Virus record (IMG/VR): IMGVR_UViG_3300045988_113183
Origin: a virus
Reading direction: 5' to 3' (one strand)
DNA length: 51,494 nt
Within the stretch, counting starts at the first letter, position 1. Each line of letters starts with the position of its first letter. The notes under the pieces are model-generated. The model was not told the origin of the DNA and did no database searches. It saw only the letters and a list, made by a program, of their open reading frames with translations. The position numbers and the translations under genes were made by a program. Of the stretch, positions 46,443 through 51,494 are shown piece by piece.

Positions 46443-48909
46443 CATCGCACCCATGTCTGGCATCGAGGTTGACCCTTCCGAGGTCAATCCTGTGCTGAAA
46501 GACCACCAGCGCGTCAGCGTCCTGTGGGCACTGAGAGGCGGCCGCCGTGGTATCTTTGCCCGGTTTGGTCTGGGAAAGACCGTCATGCAGCTCGAATGGT
46601 GCCGCCTCCTGCAGAAGCATGAAGGCGGCCAAACCCTGATCGTTATGCCCCTGAACGTCATGCCGGAATTTCGGGCAGACGCAGTAAACTTGCTGGGGAT
46701 GCAGGAGCCGCCCTATTGCCGCACCATGGCCGAGGTCAAGGCCAGCGACGCGCCGATCATCCTCACCAACTACGAAAGAGTAAGAGACGGCGATATCGAC
46801 CCGCACTACTTCACGGCCGTCAGCTTGGACGAAGCGGCCACCCTGCGAAGCTTCGGGAGCAAGACGTACCAGAGCTTTATGCTCAAGTTCAAGGGCATTC
46901 CCTACAAGCTGACGAACACCGCCACCCCGTCCCCGAACAGGTACAAAGAGCTGATTCACTATGCCGGTTTTCTGGAGGTTATGGACACCGGCCAGGCGCT
47001 GACCCGATTTTTCAAACGGGATTCCACCAAGGCCAACAACCTGACCTTGTACCCGGGCCGGGAGCGTGAATTTTGGATTTGGTGCGCCAGCTGGGGCTTG
47101 TTCCTCCAGAAGCCTTCTGACCTTGGCTTTTCGGATGAGGGGTACGCCCTGCCCCCGATGGACATCCGATACCACAAGCTCAATAGCCTTGACCGCCCTG
47201 CGGAGTTTGAGGCTGACGGCCAGATGAAGCTTGGTCATGATGCAGCGATGGGGCTGTCTGATGCCGCCAAAGAGAAGCGAGACAGTATTGACATCCGTGC
47301 TGCTGAGGTGGCCCGCATCATTGCCGAAGCTCCCACCGATGAGCACTTCGTGGTCTGGCACGACCTCGAAGATGAGCGCAAGGCCCTCAAAAAGGCTGTG
47401 CCTGAGCTGGTGGACATCTACGGCAGCATGGAGCTGGAGGCCCGTGAACAGCGTGTCATGGACTTCGCTCAGGGCCGAACCCGAATCTTTGGGACAAAAA
47501 AGAGCCTGTCCGGCTCTGGATGTAATTTTCAACGATTCTGCCACCGAGCCATCTTCATGGGCGTTGACTATGAGTTTAACGATTTCATTCAGGCCATCCA
47601 CAGAATCTACCGCTTCCTGCAGAAGTCCCCGGTTGTCATCGATATCCTGTACATGGACACCGAAACCGAGGTGCTTCTGGCTCTCAAGAGAAAGTGGCGG
47701 CAGTACGATGAGCTGAGCGAGAAGATGGAAGAGATCATCAAGGAATACGGCCTCGGCAGCCTTGCTCTGGAGGCCCTGAAACGAACGATAGGATGTGAGC
47801 GTGTGGAAGTCAAGGGAAATAATTATGTGGCCATCAACAACGACTGCGTGGAGGAGGTGCGGAGCTGGCCGACAGACAGCATCGACCTGTATGTGACCTC
47901 TATTCCGTTCGGCAATCACTATGAGTACAGCCCCAGCTACAACGACTTCGGGCACAACCCGAATGACAATGAGTTTTTCAAGCAGATGGATTTCCTCACC
48001 CCTGAGCTGCTGCGGACTCTGAAGCCGGGACGGGTGGCTGCAATCCACGTCAAAGACCGGGTCGAGTTCGCCAATGTCACCGGGTTGGCCGCTCCCACCA
48101 TCGAACCGTTCCATGCTGACTGCATCGCCCACTTCCGCAAGCATGGCTTTGCCTATTTCGGAATGATTACGGTGGTCACTGACGTTGTTCGGGAGAACAA
48201 CCAGACGTATAGGTTGGGATGGACAGAGCAGTGCAAGGACGGCACAAAGATGGGCGTTGGATGCCCTGAGTACATCTTGCTGTTCCGCAAGCTGCCCACC
48301 GACTGCAGCCGCGGCTATGCTGATGTGCCGGTGAAAAAGTCCAAAGAGGACTACACCCGGGCGCAGTGGCAGATTGATGCCCATGCTTTCTGGCGCTCTA
48401 GCGGCGACCGGCCTTTTACCCGGGAAGAACTGGAGAAGATACCCACCTCGAAGTTGCAGGCGGTCTACCGCAAATTCAGCCGTGATACCGTCTATTCTTA
48501 CGCCGAGCACGTTAAGCTGGCCGAAAGTCTGGATAAAGACGGGCGGCTGCCTTCCACCTTCATGGTTGTCGCCCCGGGAAGCTGGGACATGACGGTCTGG
48601 GATGACATCGTGCGGATGCGCACCCTGAATACCTCCCAGAGCCAGCGGCGGCAGAACCTTCATGTCTGTCCCCTTCAGCTGGATATTGTCCAGCGCCTGA
48701 TTGAGCGGTATAGCAACGAGGGCGAGCTGGTAGCTGACCCCTTTGCAGGGCTGTTCACTGTGCCCTATGAGGCCGTGAAGCTGGGCCGCCGCGGCAAGGG
48801 CGTGGAACTGAACCCCGACTATTTCCGGGACGGCGTGGGATATCTGGAAACTGCCGACGCTGAACGGGATGCCCCGACGCTGTTTGACCTGCTGGAGACT
48901 GGAGCGTGA
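46408..48909 (+). CDS. Fusion of an SF2 (SNF2/DEAD-like) helicase and an N6/N4 DNA methyltransferase
   Basis: Walker A FGLGKT and SLDEA box. Methylase half: DLYVTSIPF (a variant of the S/D-PP-Y/F motif) and VADPFAGLFTV ... GVELNPDYF (SAM-binding motif region). Confidence 0.75.
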   Translation: MDYREFLERKIDIAPMSGIEVDPSEVNPVLKDHQRVSVLWALRGGRRGIFARFGLGKTVMQLEWCRLLQKHEGGQTLIVMPLNVMPEFRADAVNLLGMQEPPYCRTMAEVKASDAPIILTNYERVRDGDIDPHYFTAVSLDEAATLRSFGSKTYQSFMLKFKGIPYKLTNTATPSPNRYKELIHYAGFLEVMDTGQALTRFFKRDSTKANNLTLYPGREREFWIWCASWGLFLQKPSDLGFSDEGYALPPMDIRYHKLNSLDRPAEFEADGQMKLGHDAAMGLSDAAKEKRDSIDIRAAEVARIIAEAPTDEHFVVWHDLEDERKALKKAVPELVDIYGSMELEAREQRVMDFAQGRTRIFGTKKSLSGSGCNFQRFCHRAIFMGVDYEFNDFIQAIHRIYRFLQKSPVVIDILYMDTETEVLLALKRKWRQYDELSEKMEEIIKEYGLGSLALEALKRTIGCERVEVKGNNYVAINNDCVEEVRSWPTDSIDLYVTSIPFGNHYEYSPSYNDFGHNPNDNEFFKQMDFLTPELLRTLKPGRVAAIHVKDRVEFANVTGLAAPTIEPFHADCIAHFRKHGFAYFGMITVVTDVVRENNQTYRLGWTEQCKDGTKMGVGCPEYILLFRKLPTDCSRGYADVPVKKSKEDYTRAQWQIDAHAFWRSSGDRPFTREELEKIPTSKLQAVYRKFSRDTVYSYAEHVKLAESLDKDGRLPSTFMVVAPGSWDMTVWDDIVRMRTLNTSQSQRRQNLHVCPLQLDIVQRLIERYSNEGELVADPFAGLFTVPYEAVKLGRRGKGVELNPDYFRDGVGYLETADAERDAPTLFDLLETGA

Positions 48910-48913
48910 ACCG

Positions 48914-49141
48914 ATGAACCACGAAAACAACTTGGGCCGGAATGCTGAACATTATGCAGATCCGACCCCCTGCGCAGCTTTCCGCAGCATCCAGAAGGAT
49001 GAGCGACAGAAGGAAGCTGCCAAACTGCTGCAAATCAGCCTCCTCGTGCCCCTGCTTCGGCAGGTGGCCGAGTGGGCAGGTTTTGAGATCATTGGCCGAA
49101 TCCCCTTGCGGGACAAGGTGACTGGAAAGGAGTATCGCTAA
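48914..49141 (+). CDS. Hypothetical protein
   Basis: ATG 48914 directly after the helicase-MTase stop. Confidence 0.6.
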   Translation: MNHENNLGRNAEHYADPTPCAAFRSIQKDERQKEAAKLLQISLLVPLLRQVAEWAGFEIIGRIPLRDKVTGKEYR

Positions 49142-49142
49142 A

Positions 49143-49376
49143 ATGACACAGAGAGAGATTCAGGAAAACCTCATTCGCACCGTTCGTGATATGCTGCTCA
49201 CCTCCTGCGAGAAGATGGGTGCTCAGAGCATCGAACATTGCTGGACGCGGCACGATGGCACGGAGGTAAAGCTGACCCTTACCATCCACCCGGCTGGTGA
49301 GAAGGAAGAAAAGCCGGAGGACGAGCTGTACACCTATGCGAGAGCTGCTGTCCAGAAATTTGGCATGAACAAGTAG
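49143..49376 (+). CDS. Hypothetical protein
   Basis: ORF in the operon. Confidence 0.6.
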   Translation: MTQREIQENLIRTVRDMLLTSCEKMGAQSIEHCWTRHDGTEVKLTLTIHPAGEKEEKPEDELYTYARAAVQKFGMNK

Positions 49377-49382
49377 GTCGAT

Positions 49383-49616
49383 ATGGCTATCGAAGAGATG
49401 TCTGAGCTTACCAAAGCGCTGCTCAAGTACCGCCGGGCGGCGGATTGTGCGACCACTGTAAAGAGCGGTGACAACATCCGCGAAGAGATGGAAGATGTCA
49501 GAATCATGCTGGCCCAGCTCGACTGCATCTATGGCCGTAGTCCTCAGTGGGCCGAAAAGAAGCTGGCCCACCTCAAGGAGCTGGTAAAGGGCGAGGAAGG
49601 TGACGGAGATGTCTGA
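49383..49616 (+). CDS. Small MazG-like (NTP pyrophosphohydrolase-like) protein
   Basis: EEMSEL ... A ... and EEMEDV ... ML helix pattern resembles MazG. Weak call. Confidence 0.4.
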   Translation: MAIEEMSELTKALLKYRRAADCATTVKSGDNIREEMEDVRIMLAQLDCIYGRSPQWAEKKLAHLKELVKGEEGDGDV

Positions 49617-49788
49617 GCATTTCAAAATTGACTGCAACCTCGTGGATGACCGCCGCACCCTGACCGCGATTCTGGCCCAGAATGGCTACGCTGTTAGCTG
49701 GGGCAAGGAGAAGCGCACCGGCAAGGCTGGGTACGTCTATTTCGTGGAGTATTGGAGGTTGGAAGATGAGCGAGAAAATGAGCGCTGA
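49609..49788 (+). CDS. Hypothetical protein
   Basis: GAGGAAGG RBS upstream of ATG 49609. Confidence 0.55.
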   Translation: MSEHFKIDCNLVDDRRTLTAILAQNGYAVSWGKEKRTGKAGYVYFVEYWRLEDERENER

Positions 49789-50035
49789 ACGTGCAGCGGA
49801 GATTCTTGACCCGGAGCGGGCTGAGAGGTTCACCAGCATGGAGCCGGTCACCGAGGCTTGCCGGATGGGCCGCGATGCCCTGCTGCTGAGGATTCCGCGC
49901 AGCCCCTTCCCGGACGGCGACAAGAGTATTCTGGCTTGCCCCAACTGCGGCTCTGGTGAATATCTGCACAATCAGGATGAAGCTGAAAACACGTTCTGTG
50001 GGCAGTGTGGACAGGCTATTTTGTGGGAGGACTAA
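49766..50035 (+). CDS. Zinc-ribbon protein
   Basis: CPNCG ... CGQCG cysteine pairs. Confidence 0.55.
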   Translation: MSEKMSAERAAEILDPERAERFTSMEPVTEACRMGRDALLLRIPRSPFPDGDKSILACPNCGSGEYLHNQDEAENTFCGQCGQAILWED

Positions 50036-50040
50036 AACAC

Positions 50041-50373
50041 ATGACTGAAAAACCGAAGATTCCGTACAATTCGCAGATGGCCTTTGCCATCGCCGCCGGG
50101 CGGGATGCTGATGCCGGCCGCATCATGGCAGAGGCCATGGGGGAGATCGTGGGCAAGGCTTGCGGCTTTGCTCAGCTGTTTGACTTCTCTGACCTTCCCT
50201 TCGTGGTGGCCGGTATGAGGGCTGCCGCAAACATCCTCGAAAACTCGATGGACGAAAAAAGCAAGGTGCTGGCAGATAACATCTTCAGTCACACCCGGTA
50301 CGTTACTGTGGATGCTGCTGAGCTGAAGCGGCAGATGGAAGCTGAGGAGGGCGACGACAATGGCAATGCGTAA
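50041..50373 (+). CDS. Hypothetical protein
   Basis: ATG 50041. Confidence 0.6.
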   Translation: MTEKPKIPYNSQMAFAIAAGRDADAGRIMAEAMGEIVGKACGFAQLFDFSDLPFVVAGMRAAANILENSMDEKSKVLADNIFSHTRYVTVDAAELKRQMEAEEGDDNGNA

Positions 50374-50911
50374 ACCCATTACATCCGCTACCATGCGCCG
50401 GAGCATGACCGGGGCACGGAGCCGCGCCGAAGGTGCTGGCTTTGAGAACCTCATCAACGACGCCTGCCTGTACTACCTGAACCATGGAGAAGCTGACATC
50501 GAGAAAACCCCTGAACCTATGAAACCGCTGGGCGGCGCTGACCGCTCAGGCAGGTTTCTGGCCTGTTATACCAAACAGGCCCAGCCGGACTATAAAGGCA
50601 TCCTTCGTGGCGGCAGGGCCGTGACCTTTGAGGCCAAGCATACAGACAGTGGGAAGATGACCCAAGACCGGGTGTCTTACGCTCAGAGCCTCCGTCTAGC
50701 CTCCACAGAGCGCTTTGGAGGTGTGGCCTTTGTCCTTTGCTCTTTCAGCGGAAAGCGCTTCTACCGGGTTCCGTGGGCGGTCTGGTTCAACATGAAAGAG
50801 CATTTCGGCAGGAAGTACATCACCCCGGCGGATGTCGAAGCCTACCGTCTGAAGTTCGGCTGGCCGGGAGTGCTGCTGTTTTTGGAGGGCGTGAGCTATG
50901 CGAACGATTGA
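50360..50911 (+). CDS. recU: RecU-like Holliday junction resolvase
   Basis: GAGFENLINDACLYY ... ADIEKTPEP ... PDYKGIL ... G ... FEAKHT pattern. Confidence 0.7.
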   Translation: MAMRKPITSATMRRSMTGARSRAEGAGFENLINDACLYYLNHGEADIEKTPEPMKPLGGADRSGRFLACYTKQAQPDYKGILRGGRAVTFEAKHTDSGKMTQDRVSYAQSLRLASTERFGGVAFVLCSFSGKRFYRVPWAVWFNMKEHFGRKYITPADVEAYRLKFGWPGVLLFLEGVSYAND

Positions 50912-51242
50912 AGATATCAAGAGCAATCCCAGGCTGAAGATTATTCGGGAAGGGTTTGACGGGCTGGCAGCTTATCTCGTCCACCCGAAGTATAAGTTCG
51001 GCGCTGTGGGCATCATCGCCTCATGGGGCGGCGGCTGGGAACACGTCAGCGTGAGCCTGAAAAACCGCTGTCCCACATGGGACGAGATGTGCATGGTGAA
51101 GGACATCTTTTGGGGAGATGAGGAGTGCGTTGTGGAGTTTCACCCGCCCAAGAGCGAGTATGTGAACACGTATCCGCACTGTCTCCACCTCTGGAAGAAA
51201 ATCGGAGAGACCTATGAAACCCCGCCGAAAGAGTTTGTTTGA
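50898..51242 (+). CDS. Conserved phage protein of unknown function
   Basis: ASWGGGWEHVSVS ... PTWDEMCMVKDIFW ... CLHLW is a recurrent phage family. Confidence 0.6.
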   Translation: MRTIEDIKSNPRLKIIREGFDGLAAYLVHPKYKFGAVGIIASWGGGWEHVSVSLKNRCPTWDEMCMVKDIFWGDEECVVEFHPPKSEYVNTYPHCLHLWKKIGETYETPPKEFV

Positions 51243-51259
51243 CGAAAGGAGCTTATACC

Positions 51260-51487
51260 ATGAGCAACAAAATCAATCTGACCGATGCGAAGCTTCTGGC
51301 CGACCTGCAGAAGCTCATCGAGGAGAAAAAGAAAGCCGCCAACCCTTCCGAGGATTGCAAAGAGATCGTTGGCACACTCACCCCCATCTTTGGGAAGCTG
51401 ATGCCCATGATGCAGAAAAAGCAACAGGCCGAGGTGGATACCTTGACCCGCGTTAGAAACCGCCTGGCAGAGCTGCTGGACGAGTAA
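51260..51487 (+). CDS. Hypothetical coiled-coil protein (3' end duplicated at 1-134)
   Basis: AGGAG RBS upstream of ATG 51260. Confidence 0.6.
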   Translation: MSNKINLTDAKLLADLQKLIEEKKKAANPSEDCKEIVGTLTPIFGKLMPMMQKKQQAEVDTLTRVRNRLAELLDE

Positions 51488-51494
51488 ACCGCCC
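51354..51494. repeat. Terminal direct repeat, identical to 1-141
   Basis: 141/141 identity with the window start. Confidence 0.95.

Larger units (their letters stand above)
1..51494 (+). mobile_element. Complete circular temperate phage genome (contractile-tail, PBSX/Xkd-like tail module); unique length 51,353 bp
   Basis: Full set of packaging, head, tail, lysis, lysogeny, recombination and replication genes. Intact attP next to the integrase. The window ends overlap by 141 nt. Confidence 0.9.

Overview
The window is a complete, circularly closed genome of a temperate phage with a contractile tail. The first 141 nt are identical to the last 141 nt, so the unique unit is 51,353 bp. The tail and lysis modules are PBSX/Xkd-like, which suggests a Gram-positive, probably Clostridia-type host; that is inference only. 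Almost all genes are on the + strand, in this order:
- late regulator (166-702);
- a ~700-nt ORF-free, hairpin-dense RNA region with three tRNA-like elements, ending in tRNA-Trp (798-1572);
- a self-contained 37-codon ORF with its own promoter and terminators;
- a ParB-like / GT-A glycosyltransferase-like / radical-SAM trio, with overlapping stop/start codons within the trio, immediately upstream of terS (1987-4545);
- terS, terL, a portal-MuF fusion, prohead protease and a capsid protein with a long acidic N-terminus;
- neck, sheath, tube, chaperone, tape measure and baseplate genes;
- the tail fibre, followed by a diversity-generating retroelement (VR1, avd, TR, RT; 24863-27093);
- the lysis genes;
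- attP carrying the 3' end of a tRNA-Gly-like gene;
- integrase, ImmA and CI-like repressor on the - strand;
- early and accessory genes: a MazF-like toxin, Lar, a second remote DGR target, a lipoprotein and an insulated two-gene cassette;
- DUF1351, RecT, SSB, a DnaD-type replisome organiser with an internal iteron origin, a G9-interrupted C5-MTase-like gene, a helicase-N6/N4-MTase fusion and RecU.

The items I rank highest:
1. The DGR has two targets, and the second is a non-structural protein 11 kb from the template repeat.
2. The large structured RNA region with tRNA-like elements may be a ROOL/GOLLD-type RNA.
3. The ParB/GT/radical-SAM module could be a DNA or virion modification system.
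4. There are two possible recoding or phase-variation sites: CCC-TGA in the ParB-like gene and a G9 tract in the MTase-like gene.

All functional calls come from reading motifs by eye. No database search or RNA-folding program was run.
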